This document shows positions 12,812 through 26,095 of a DNA stretch of 64,000 nucleotides, piece after piece. This DNA is from Octopus sinensis (lineage: Eukaryota): positions 102,362,001 to 102,426,000 of the forward strand of contig NC_043002.1 in NCBI RefSeq assembly GCF_006345805.1. The letters run 5' to 3'. The position numbers and the translations under genes are program-made. Below the pieces are notes generated by a model, which saw only the letters and a list, made by a program, of their open reading frames with translations, did not search any database and was not told the origin of the DNA. Position 1 is the first letter of the stretch; the number at the start of each line of letters is the position of its first letter.

Positions 12812-13700
12812 GAATAGTAAATAAATTCCCGCCGTCTTTCTAAATTTTGGAATCTATTTTATATCATTTGTTTTCTATTTAATTTTTGTTTATTTTGTGA
12901 CATTTCTCCTGTTTATGAAGAGGGTGCCATAGCTGAAAGAATCGCTGATTGGTATGCCAAGTTCAAAAATGAACATTTTGACATCAAAGACGCACCTTGT
13001 TATGATCGTTCAGTTGAGTTCGCAGAAGTCCGATTAAACCAACTTTTGCACGAAAATTCTCGTCAAACGACAATATAACTTTCAGAGAAAATTGAATGCT
13101 CCCACACTGCTATAGAGAAGCATCTTCACTCGATGGGAAAGGTTCAGAAGTATGGAGCATGGGTTCCACATGCTTTAAGTAACAAAAACAAAAACCGACG
13201 AGCCACAATCTCTGCTGGTTTGCTTGCTTGTCATGGTTCAACTCATGGACACAAGCAACGATTTCTTTACCGCATCGTTACTGGCAACAACAAATGGTGC
13301 TTGTTCATCAATATAAAGCAGCGTAAGGAATGGTTTAGCCCCGGTAAACAAGCAACACCGCGCGTGAAACAAGATCTTCATCTGCGTGGGAAGGGATTAT
13401 CCATTACGAATTGCTCGAACGGAATCAAACGGTCAATGCACAACTCTATGTTCAACAGCTGGAACGACTCAACACGGCTCTTCAAGAGAAAAGACCTAAT
13501 CAGCAGCATGGAGTTCTGCTGCTGCACGACAACGCCCGCCTTCATATTGTCAATATGACCAAGGAAACCATTCAGACGTATGGCTGGGAAGTGCTACCAC
13601 ACCCGCCGTACTCTCCTGATTTGGCACCAACGGATTTCCACCTTTTCGATCTCTTTCAAATGCTATGCGCGGAGTTTCGTTCAATACTGATACAGAATTG
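12809..13700 (+). mobile_element. Mariner DNA transposon remnant (transposase pseudogene)
   Basis: WVPHAL, RIVTG(N)NKW, LLLHDNARLH and EVLPHPPYSPDLAPTDFHLF motifs; frameshifted; 3' end not identified. Confidence 0.93.
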
Positions 13701-14868
13701 AGATATTAGTTGGATCCTTAAAGTGAGTTCCTGCAGATACGATTTTCACATATGTTTATTAACGAAAAATTTTAAGAGGTCACTATTAATAATTATTGTT
13801 TGCGTTTGCTGGGACTTGCGGCCATCTTGTAACCTTTTGGTTCGCATTTTGGCTGCATCCTCACGACCAATCATGTTCTGTATTCGTTTGTAATTTCCCA
13901 GGCAGGATTATTTTGTGGCGGCATTGTAATATTTCTGGGGGTTTTTTCTAGAGTAAATGTTCTCTTATTATATGGCATTAATTCGCTTCTTTTATTTGGT
14001 ATAAAATCCCAGCTTTATACAGGTCATGCCCTGATGGATGATTAAACAACTGATGTCGTAATTATACACAAATCAATTTAGAAATTAACAAATCGACATG
14101 AAAATTGTGTAATATGCTGCTTTATACAGTTTCTGGAGGTAGATTTATGAATTAGACAATGTGTAGTACCTGAGACATTTTGAGAATTATTATTTAAAAT
14201 GTGGGCTGAAAAATTGGTAGTTGTATTTGATTTCCCATTTTGGATCAAGAGATTCTTCATAGTCCTAGCGTTTTTATGTTTTCTTTTCATTTACTTCTGC
14301 TTTGTTGTAGAACCTAAACTTTTCCTTAAACTTTGCTTTTTGTACATCCATATCATTACATTAAGTGTGAGCTTGATCGAATGTATATTTATCTGAGAAC
14401 ATATCACATATTGTTATAGCTATATCGCTGCCAACTGCTTGTTTAATACTTTGAGAAGTTTGTTAGAATCAATATTTATGTATACGAGTTATTCCTTTCG
14501 TTTTCTGCTTTAACCGCTTTCTAGATATATCATTACGTGAAGATTGTTAAATTTGCTTGTATTGATGGTGACACTAATATTAAATCGCAGCGACTTGAAT
14601 ATTCCAATTCCTTATTCCTGATATTTATCCAATGTTCCGTATCATCTGTAACGAGAAAATGCGATGTCCATAATGTGACCGCGTGTGTACCGTCGGCGAT
14701 TTTTTTCCTCCGTCTTCCCTTCTTTGGATCTTTCATTTTCCTATGTTTCTAACGAAGAGCTTCGCTCGAAACTTTAATCGCTCCTTCTTTCCTGAGCGTC
14801 CAATAATACTATATTTGTTCCACGTCCTCGCGTTGTTGTGTTTTCTTTTTGTGTTTTCATGTTTGGAT

Positions 14869-14929
<61 letters not shown>

Positions 14930-17454
14930 TCCTATACCTATAACTCATGATGTTTGCTTTGGTGTGCATAAATTTCATCATCCAAACATTTATGTTCATG
15001 TATCATAGTTCCATTTAACGATGTCAGATAGGACTATGCTTTTTAAGTGTTGTGCGAGGATACATTATTAAATATTATCAGATTCTTTACGAGACAATAT
15101 TTGACGTCGTTGTTTCTAATGTTACATTTTGTAGTTAACACAGAAACCTTATTTTGGCATCATTATTATTAAATGAATTCTTGTGAAATCAACATCATGT
15201 ACAGTTCTATGTCTTAAAAATTTACTTTGCATAAAAGTTCGCAATTATGATACATAGTAGGATTTCTAGACACTGGTAGATTCTGATCGTTGGCCTACCG
15301 AATCTGAGCTGACCTAATATTAAGTATGTGTTGTTTTTCTTTTCTCAGATGTCAGCGAAACGACGTCAGAAGTAATCTATACTCTTACCAGCTATATCAC
15401 TGTCATATGAATAACAGAGGCAAACACAGAATGTCGGGTTGCGCAAATAAAAGGTCTTATGAGAAGTTACTTGAGTTTCTAAAATGGTCTGCGAAATTTC
15501 TCTCAAGTCAACTCTCTATTGTTTAGAATGAACAGATAAAACGCATTGGATGATGTATTAAATTCTTTAAAACATTTGGAATGGCCGTGACAAGAATACT
15601 TTTGATTAGAAATCTGCTAGTTCCAGATTCGGGCACTAGAGTTCATTAGGAAAACTTTAGCACATGTAACAGGAAGACAAGAAGCAACGACGGCGACGCC
15701 CACCACCACCACCACAAGAGCAACAGCAAATTTTGTAAGGTTTCTAGCTCTGGATAACTAATCTCTATGACTTCACTATCAAAATATTTCAAATAAGTTT
15801 AAAATATTGCCTCAAATTTGAGACTTAGTTTTAACACAGGGTATGGAATCGAAATTATTTGATGTTTTTATCTTTCCCTCAGTCAAGTAAAAGAGATGGG
15901 GTATTGTATGAGTTAGCCCAAGATACAGCATGTCTAAAACGAAAGCGATGGAGTAACAAACGACTATATTGATTCCTTGCATGATAAAACTTGTTCATGG
16001 CTGATGTTTGGCGAAACTCCAACGAAACGTCTCCATACTTTAACTTCAAGACTGGGGAAAATAGAAGGAGTAATGTTGCTGTTGTTGTTATTTAGATCGG
16101 AGTCTGTTCTAATCCAGATGAAATATGAAGCTCATTCTATGCTTATCAACTGACGTACAATCTGTTGAACGAGTTACAGGATCACTGTAGTTCCAGGCAA
16201 AACAGAACGCCATTTTGTTTCCTTTCTCACACAATACAACTGCGACTCCTACATCCCGATGTCTCTTGAAATTGGTAACAGAGATTCTAATGCTAGTACT
16301 GGAAAGAGGAACAACGATGTAGATAGAGTTAGTTTCGTTGGGATCATAGACTTGAGAGATAAAATATTAATACTTGAGGAACAATAATTATGAAGAAGAG
16401 AACTTAAGTATTCTCACTCCTCAACATAAATACAAATATGCTGCCGATAAATAAATGTTCTTCTTTATTCTGTACCGCACAGAGCTGTTATTGGTGATGT
16501 TCATGTCGCTATTGCTTTTGCTATTGAATATTCCGTTCGCTCTACATATTACTTCCATTTCAAGCAGCTGATATTTCTGTTGTTGATGTGGTACTGACTG
16601 TTTTACGCACGCGCGCGTGCGCGCACACACACACACACACACACACATTTATGATTTTCGAACTGTCTGATTCTTTATTCTAATAGAAGAAATAGGTAGG
16701 GAGGAAGAAGAAAAGGAAGAGAAGATGGAAAAAGGACGAAGGATGTGAAGAAGAGTAGTTTTCGAAATGATATTTGTTATAGTATCACTGCAAGTAATAT
16801 CAGGATTTCTGTTGATTCTGAGGCTTTGCTTTACCGTTTCTTTTATATTTCTTATTAATTCTCATGTTTTTACAAACACATTTCAAACGCCGAAACACAA
16901 CATCGAAGCAGATAGAATCATTTGTTCTATTTGCAAGACACAGACCTTTTTCCTGGAAGATATTCCAGAATAATCTTGCACATACTTTAAAACTACCATA
17001 TGTCATTTAATTTTCATCACTCAGCTTTCTCCGCTTTTTTAATCACTACCAGGCATTTTGTAAACATATCCGAAACTAGAATAAGAAGAACACGAAGAAA
17101 ACAAAACTAAAAACTAATACTATACAGTCTCTGTAGACGACTTTATCTGTTCTCATACATATTGACACATGTCACAACTGATACATTGCCAAATGGAACA
17201 GTAAGCACAAACGATAAATAACAAGAAGCTAGACTCATGAGAGAAGGTCTTATATCTACCTTTATTTATTTCCCCTATTTTGTGTTATTCTATAAATATC
17301 TACCTTAAGAGACTGAATATCACTTAAAGTACATTACTGAAGATTCAAAGAATTTACGAGAAAGAAACATGGAATTCCACAATCTATTGTTTCATACAGT
17401 ATTTGTTTAAAATTTTGGTGTAATGCCAGCAATTTCAATCTCAATGCTTAAATG

Positions 17455-17595
17455 GTACTTAGTTTATTGACACCGAAAAATGATAGGGGATTGAACGACC
17501 TCAACGGAATTTGAACTCAGAGACATCAAGTCGAAAAAATTGCTGCGAAGTATTTCCCCTGACGCGCTACCGAGTCTACAAGGTTGGCACCTTTG
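17455..17595 (-). mobile_element. Degenerate SINE (family B)
   Basis: GACCTCAACGGAATTTGAACTCAGA matches the reverse-strand B-box region of other copies. Confidence 0.65.
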
Positions 17596-20496
17596 TTTCG
17601 TGTAATATAAGAAATTGCTAATATTAGTTTTATGATTTGACTACTGTTTCGAAGGCGATGTGCGTAAATGCATGTCTCTCTCATTAAAAACAATCGTGTT
17701 CATGAATATGTCTCCCAGACTTCAATCTATCTGGTCGACCCTCTGATATTAAGTCTATCTAATCGAAGCTTTGATGAGTGCAATTTCAAAAATATAAACT
17801 ATGAACAAATCCACTGGAACGGTTGTTCATTTTCTTGGATCATAGAATTCATCAATCCTAACTATTTAACATATTTCTCTAAAACCTCTCTAGATTTTTA
17901 AAATTAAATATTAACAATTTTATGAGGTAACAGTGTTTCTTTGTTTTGTTGCAGTCAACAGAAAAGTGTTAGAGGTAGAGGGCATTCTTATTGCCATCAG
18001 TTTTGATAAAAAGAATGTAAAAGTATCGAATCATGTATGTACGTTCTAATTGTATATGAACAATCAAATACGAACTTAGCCATAATATTCGCATGCTCGG
18101 AAAATGTTGGTCACACTCCCTCTAGTTATCTCGCTCTTTCTTTCTCTTTCTTCCCACACTCACGCACTCTCACATACAGAAACACCTTGGTGCATTCTTC
18201 TGATTGATGTCAACAACGCAAGAATTTACTTCTAACATTCTCACCGCCACAGCTGAACGATTTCAGTCTGCGACAAATATATATTTTTTCTTTTTATATC
18301 CAGCACATTAATAAGAGATATCACTTCTTCCGGAAGTACATTGCAGTTAATTTACTTTTCACAGTGTATCCTCATGAAATATAACACGCAAATATCTATT
18401 TTATTGTAATATAATTTCTGCTGCATACAACAAATTTTATTTAGCCGGACGGGTAATTTCAATATCAGTGTTATTTTTATCACTGTTTTCTTGTTCATAT
18501 CGATAGGAACAGAACTTTTCGTAGCACTCAACCGGCAGAAAGCCCAAATGAAGCGGATATTGACATCAAGGAGTCTCAATCTCACTGCGCGGAGGCTTTT
18601 CTGCATCGGATGTACTTCTGTGCCTTTAAAGACATTGCGTCCATGGGGAACATTATCTCTGCCGTAAGGCTTCATTTCCACATACGCCAGCTGAATTCCA
18701 TTAGTCCCCAGTCGAAAGACGCCTGTTGTTATGTCATGTTATTATTATTATTATATTATTATTTTTATTGTATTTTTGTATTTATATTCGTGTAACATCG
18801 TCTGTTTTTCCTTCCTTGTTTTCGTATACATTCGATGTTTTTTTCCAAGGAATCTAATGCTCTTAGATTAGTTTTTCCTTGGGGCTGGCCAGTTTGGAGC
18901 AATCTCAAGATTAATCAGCCGAAATTGCGAGGATGATTCGGTTCTTGACTGAGGGTAAAAGGCTCGAGTGACCCGTCCTTGTTTCTTTATATCGTCTATC
19001 TGAATGTTTTGTTGTCCCTTTTTGTATCACTTAGTTGTCCGGATGTTTTGCATTCTTGTCCTATTTTGTATTATATATATATATATAAATATAGCGGCGT
19101 ACGTACACCTTGTTCTCTTATATATATACATACATTATTTCTGAATGCTTATATCTAGAAACACATGCAGTGTATTTCAAAGTTGTTTTTTTTTGTATTA
19201 TAATGGGGTTGTTTCCTTGGCCCTAATTAAATTCTTGATTTCTTTCACCGTGGCTATATATGCGCCATATTGACCAAGTATATGATTCATATCGTGCATT
19301 AATGTATTGGAATCCTTTTCCTAAAGTGACTCACAGAATATCTTGAACGTGAGTCCAGGTCGAGAATTCGTGGCTGGCTTCCTGTCATTGTAATTGATAT
19401 AAACTTAAATAATGATGAAGGAAAATGCCACTTCTTTGTAGCTGGACACCAATAATAAATTCCGTTCGTTACCTAACGTCTTGGGTAATTTTATAAATTA
19501 GGGTCTTTTAAATATATTATTCAACAGGGCGTATATTATCCACAAACCACTTTTGTTATACTATTATTACAATAGAGAAATGGTGCATGAAAACATAGCT
19601 TATAGAGCTACTTTTTAAATATCGCCTCCAGAGACAGTAAGGACGGATGTACAGTAGATCAATTCACAGTGTATTGGTTGATACTGGTATCGAATTAGTT
19701 ACCTACCGTGTTATTCACACACATGCTCACACTTTCTCTGTCTCTGTTTCTCTTTCTCTGTCTCTCTAACTCTCACATTATACAAGTATACATAAAATAC
19801 TCTCACACATACACACATATGCATGTATAATGATCTATACATACATGCAGCTATACACATGAGCACACGCACGTGCATATATATACCTGGATATATATAT
19901 TTATATATATATATATATATGCATATATATGTGTATATATGTGTGTGTGTGTGTATATACGTCTATATATGTGTATATATATATATATATAGACGTCTAT
20001 ATATATATATATATATATTATATACACGTCCGCGTATGAATGGTATTATATGCTATAATGATAATATTTTGTATTCTATAATTTTGTCGGTATTGAATTA
20101 TATTATATCACCAGTATATTCTTGTTTATTTCTCGTTTTATTATTCAATGATGTGCCTTATAGTTACGTTCCAATTCATCATTTCTTTGTATTTATGTTG
20201 GAGTAGGTCAAAAATTTCAGCTGAATGTGATATCGTGAAATATTAATATGCATTTAAGATATTCATCATTTAAAAAACAAAATACACCACCATAAATTTG
20301 GGATATCGAAATCCCAGTAGGTTAAAATCGAGAGTAACATTTGGCGATGTGAGCAAGAACATCCTGTTTGTTTTATAAAACATTTCTATTTCAAATGTCA
20401 ACTTGTAAGCAACTGGTTTTCAGTATTTTTATGTTTTAATTCGTGTTTAGTAAATTTCTTAGTTTAACAAACATAATACATATTTCGTGGGTGAGT

Positions 20497-20676
20497 ATAA
20501 TAATAATAATAATAAAAATAATAATCATAAAAATAATAATCATAATCATAATACTAATAATAATAATAAAAATAATAATCATAATAATAATAATAATAAT
20601 AAAAATAATAATCATAAAAATAATAATAATCATAATAATAATAATAATAAAAATAATAATCATAAAAATAATAATC

Positions 20677-20745
<69 letters not shown>

Positions 20746-20765
20746 CTTATAAAAATAAGAATAGT

Positions 20766-20795
<30 letters not shown>
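20497..20795. repeat. (AAT)n tract with higher-order AAT/AAA/CAT periodicity
   Basis: Directly visible. Confidence 0.9.
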
Positions 20796-20800
<5 letters not shown>

Positions 20801-21419
20801 TCTATTATGATGATAAAGATAATGGTGGTGGTGATGATGGTAATGATCCTCTATGGGTAAAGGGTAGAATTTTATAATACAAATTGTTCGTTACAAATGG
20901 TGGAATACCAACATGCGGATATGTTTATATGTATATTATAAACAAGGGCGTGCTGCAAAAATCTAATAAAATATACTGAAATATATTAGTCTTCCTAATA
21001 AAAAGCAAGCATAATGCATCCGCAAAAGTATGAGTCACCTTAAGTAAAGAAAGTTCCTGGTCCTGCGGAACTCTGATGACTTTCTACAACATTCTACTTC
21101 CGAAAGACATACGACTGCCAGGCCAGTACTGAAATTCGGCGCTATCGATCGATTGACTGTTCGTGTTGTTTTAACGCAAAAATTGTAATTTTGATTTGCG
21201 ATGAATTCTCCCATGGATCCCTTCTCCATTTGGTAGTGAATTCATTTTGATTACTACCAGTTCATTTAATAAGCTAATTAGGCCATCCTTATTGTTTCTG
21301 AGATCCTGAATTTCAATTAGTCCTTTGTTGTAGACACCATTTTGATGCACATTCGTCGTTATACTTGCATTTAATCTAGAATCATCATTTTTGTAGCTTT
21401 AGATATTAAAAGCTATCAA

Positions 21420-21800
21420 GAGCAAACATCCAGGAAACTTGACGAAAGGGTCCTTGTTTCATCAAGTCCATACTCAGTACCAAAGCCATTGATTTTAATC
21501 GTTGCTGCGCGTGACTGTGGGTACGAACTGTTAGATCACCGTCTCTGTTCTCCTGATTTGGCCAACCGAACTACCATCTGTTCCACAACAGAAATAAACA
21601 CTTGGTTGCGAACCAGTGTCGCAGAGATAACGACGTCTTATCGATTGTTGATGACATTTTTTTACCAATAAGAAAAAAAGCTTCTTCACTAATAGTATCC
21701 AAGTTCTGTAACACTGATAGAAGAATCATATGACCGCAAGCGGTGTCTACGTTGGAAAATAAACCTGATTTGGTCTCATTCCAAGATAGCATCTTAGTGG
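21420..21800 (+). mobile_element. Mariner transposase C-terminal remnant
   Basis: RDCGYELLDHRLCSPDLA...KHL...DNDVLSIVDDIFYQ*EKSFFTNSIQVL...GVYVGK* matches the mariner YSPDLAP...GxYVEK tail. Confidence 0.8.
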
Positions 21801-22289
21801 CCTATTGATGCTTCAGCCGAGTCTTGTAATTTCTCTGCTCTCTACTGAAAAATATTGTAGAAGTTATTCTATGATAGCTCGTCAGTATCAACAAATATAT
21901 AGCCGAAGTACTGGACAGTCGGTGGTATAATTGAGAAAAATAAGGGCCAAAAACATCCGGGAGCTCTCCAGACGACATATTTAATATCCATGAAGTAATT
22001 CTCTTTTTAGTGATATTATATATAGATAAAAGAGATAGATATTATATATGATTAAATAGTATAACAGCAAAATTAAATAGTTAAGAGCAAAATTACAAGA
22101 CGAAGAACATTTGAATTGAAACAAAAACTCTGTTATTCGAAACTTTCTTCATAACATCATTTCATGAACATTGTCTTTGGAACAAAATCTGATGTTCTGC
22201 AATATAATTAAAAATAGTTGAGCCTCAAGGAAGCTGGAAATCCGGAAGAAACAACAAAATAAAGAAAACTCAATTTATTCTTGAAAGCA

Positions 22290-22823
22290 AAGTAATCCCT
22301 CGCCATATCGCGGTTCACGTAATGCGCCCTCAGCATATCACGGATTTTTCTGGCTAATATATGTAAATTTATATCGCGGGCTCCTCAGTAAATCGCGAGT
22401 TTCTGCGGGCGATAGGTATTTATATTTTTTAGATTTTAACTATTTCTGTGTTACAATAAGCTTTCCACGCCTAAAAATTCAGAAATTAATATATAGAAAT
22501 ACAGTACAGTGCCGAATTGTATGACATTAATTAAAATATATTCAAAGAAAATACTAAGGCACCGTAGATGAGTAAACAAAGAATCACACATACAGTGTGG
22601 AAAACGAAATTTGGGAGGCGAATGTGTGGTGGTGTTTATAAAATAAATTGGTGCCCCAGCATGGCCACAGACTCAAGGCTAAAACATGTAAAAGAATGAA
22701 AGAATACAAATTACAAAAATAAAAAGAATATATATACAATACAGCGTTGTTTCTACTTCGCGGAATTTCACCTATCGCGGGGTGTTTTGGAACGTAGCAC
22801 CCATGATAGTTGAAGAATTATTC
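22290..22823. mobile_element. Tigger/pogo-like MITE
   Basis: Left end AGTAATCCCTCGCCATATCGCGG; right end reverse complement AATAATTCTTCAACTATCATGGG, consistent with a CpG-decayed TIR; internal TATCGCGG subrepeats; TA at the right flank. Confidence 0.6.
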
Positions 22824-22856
22824 TAATTATGCTCCTATTAAAATAAATAAATATAT

Positions 22857-23055
22857 GCGCCCTTTCTAAAGCCTAGCCAGGTTCATGGTCCCGGTTCACG
22901 GTTTCTATGGCGTATGTGTTCCCCAGCTGAGTGGACTGGAGCAACGTGAAATGAATTGCTTTGTTCAAGAACACAACGCGTCGCCCGGTCCAGGAATCGA
23001 AACCACAATCTGACGATCATGGTGCTGACAACCTAACCACTAAGCCACGCGCCTG
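22857..23055 (-). mobile_element. tRNA-derived SINE with CORE-like central domain
   Basis: Minus strand: TGGCTTAGTGG A box, GGTTTCGATTCC B box, then TGTGTTCTTGAACAAAGCAATTCATTTCACGTTGCTCCAGTCCACTCAGCTGG. Confidence 0.8.
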
Positions 23056-23585
23056 CACATGGTCCTATTAAGCCGGTTTATATTATTGATATTCCAGTTG
23101 CTGTTGATTCAGTTCTCACGAGGATATCATATTTTGATTTTTACATAGTAAAACATGGTATTGACTATATGTTGATATATAGAATATTGTAATGTGATGT
23201 TTCGTGTATTTTCTCTCCTTTGATACGTTTATCATTTTCAGTTTAAAATGTGTGTATATATGGCGTGAATATTCAATATCCATTATACGACTGCTGACCT
23301 CAAAGAACGAATTGTTTTAAGGCCCCGCATCTGCGTTGGTACGGTTTAACGAAGGGTTCTCTAGTATAAGTTTGACATTTATGTAAATACACTCTCCAGA
23401 AATACAATTAAACACGAGTATATTGCATATAGAGCTATTATTCAGATTATATATATATATATAACTATATTATATATATATATATATACACACATATATA
23501 TATATACATATATATATATGTGTGTGTGTGTATGAGTGCATAATTGTATATGCATGTTTGATGCCTAAGTGAAATATATAAGTAC

Positions 23586-23616
<31 letters not shown>

Positions 23617-23624
23617 CATATATA

Positions 23625-23691
<67 letters not shown>

Positions 23692-23756
23692 TCACACATA
23701 CAGGCATACACGTATATACATACACATGTATGTATGTGTGTGTATATATATATATG

Positions 23757-23797
<41 letters not shown>

Positions 23798-25908
23798 ATA
23801 TATATATATATATATGAACATATGTATTTACATATAAAGAAACATACGTATAAGTACATCCATCTACAAGTTCATACATTGAACGTTACATTAGTAATGG
23901 AATTTATAATCTAGGAGAACAACAGAAACTTTCTAATGTACGGACATTACTCGATGGCCAGTGTACGGCGTGCCAAGTAAATTTACAAGTCATCCAATCG
24001 TACGATGTCTACTTGATTAGAAATATCAGTTGAAATATTGTGAAGCATGAATGCATTGGTCAATAAACATACTTGAAATTACTGTATCGATATCAAAGAA
24101 ACGTTTTTGTGTTACACACCTACGCCATATGAAATTCATCGTTAAATAGTATGTTAACATAAAGCGTGATTCGTGTGTAAATTAACCGAGTGAAATTTTC
24201 CTAGAAACGTCAACAGGAAATATGGCGCCGTCGTAACTATCTGTACAGACAGATTAGAATAAAGAACTATTTAATTACATGAACATTTCGTCGGTTCGTG
24301 TGTGCCAAACTTTCCAAAGTAGAGAAATACAAGACATTTATTGCCTTATAGCTAAGTATAGTAGATATTATCAAAGCAAAATCTTGACCATGCGATGTTG
24401 TAAGGAATATTTAGCAGACGTAATATCTAACTAACTGTCAGTTCAATATAACATACTTTATCTGTATTTCTAAGTACATAATTTAATATTGCTTTCCATA
24501 TATAAGACGTTCATAGGCGCTCTCAAAGCGTTGAAGGAGATCTGATAATTAGATGTAGAGAAGAGATGGTACGACCTAGATAGCCAAATGTGATTGTTGA
24601 AAATTATCTGAGACTGTCTTAAGAACAGACAGAATTATCACTTTGCAGTGTTTATATTTCTGAAATGCTTGTCACGCACACACTCCCACGCATGCACACA
24701 CGTTCACGCACTCACATATACACATACGCTCTTGTGTATAAATAAACACGTGTGAGTTCGTGTGTTGTTTGTGCGCGCGCGCTCATGATTAAACTGGCAG
24801 AAACAGCGGCAAATGTTTATCAACAAATGAGAAAGATATTGAAAGATATTGAAAGATATTGCACATAGATACACTTCAGTTTTTCTTACCCTCATAAGAC
24901 TGTAGAACTTTATTATTACAAGTGAAATATTTTTTTAATTTCACGTTAAATAAAGCATTTACCAGTGAGATTTAAGTCGACACTCGTATTAAGAAAATTC
25001 GTTCAACAGAATCCAGTGTCGCCGTTATTTCCAGCACATCGAGCAGCCACGTGATGGACCCATGATTGACTAATGCCTAATTTTGCTTGTGTTTTGATAA
25101 ACCCTATGTCAAGACTGATCGTCAGAGCATGATTCATGTGATTACAAACAATACTAAACATTATTAAGGGACATCTAATTTTGTATTTTATATTCTAAGA
25201 TGGAAAAATGTTATTTGACCAAAATGCAGAAGTAATTTCTTGCGATCATAGGTTTTTGATGGTGTAATCGGCGAATTGTTGTTGTTGTTGTCAGTGACTG
25301 GTTATAAATGTTCCCAGTGGCAACCCTAGTAGTCCTTGACCAATCCGACCTGCTTATTTCTAGCAGTTTGTGATACACAGAAAGCATAACAAATTTGATT
25401 TTACCCCTTGTGTAAGTCGTGTTTATATATTGTTACTTAGCATTTGACGATTTAATGAATGGTAAACGTTGTGTTTAACTTCCGTCCATGCATGTTCCAA
25501 AACAGGACAGGTTATTTGGAAATGATAAATTAATAATTGTCATATTTATTCTAAAATAATAAGCATTACAAATACAGCGATAAACATCTTCAATTAATAA
25601 TAAACATTTTCAATTAATCACGATAAAGCTTTTCAATTATCTATGAACATTTTCACTTAGCAAATTACATTTTCAATTAAAGCCGATGAACATTTTCGAT
25701 TAACAAGTTTGGGGATTTTCTAATTAACCTCGATGCGAGAAATATATTTATTCATGGATGTGGTGTTTCATTTATATATTTTTAATCATACATACTACTT
25801 TTGGTTGCCAAAAATGCATTTCCCCATGAAACCTTAAGTTGATATCAGATATTCCGGCGACAGGTACAACGTTTAGTGAATTCCTTATACCATTCTAATT
25901 TTTCAATT

Positions 25909-25988
25909 CAAATGCCAAGGATCTCAAACGCCAATGATCTCAAATGCCAAGGATCTCAAACGCCAAGGATCTCAAATGCTAATGATGT
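25909..25988. repeat. 16-bp minisatellite x5 (CAAAYGCCAAGGATCT)
   Basis: Five adjacent units directly visible. Confidence 0.92.
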
Positions 25989-26007
25989 CAGTAAACCACC
26001 ACTATGA

Positions 26008-26095
26008 TACTCTAATCGATTTAATTAATTTGCTTCCCTAAATATTTGCATTACTCTAATCGATTTAATTAATTTACTTCCCTAAATATTTGCAT
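26008..26095. repeat. 44-bp tandem duplication (1 mismatch)
   Basis: TACTCTAATCGATTTAATTAATTTRCTTCCCTAAATATTTGCAT x2. Confidence 0.95.

Noticed and set aside
16483-16590. Strong splice acceptor followed by a signal-peptide-like frame (LLLVMFMSLLLLLLNIPFA)
   Set aside because: That frame stops after about 29 codons, the donor is weak and no homology was recognised.
24223-24245. TGGCGCCGTCGTAACTATCT, resembling a lophotrochozoan miRNA seed from recall
   Set aside because: No complementary arm on either side, so no pre-miRNA hairpin.
25909-26095. CRISPR-like array
   Set aside because: Units are directly adjacent with no unique spacers, no cas genes are present, and the context is eukaryotic.
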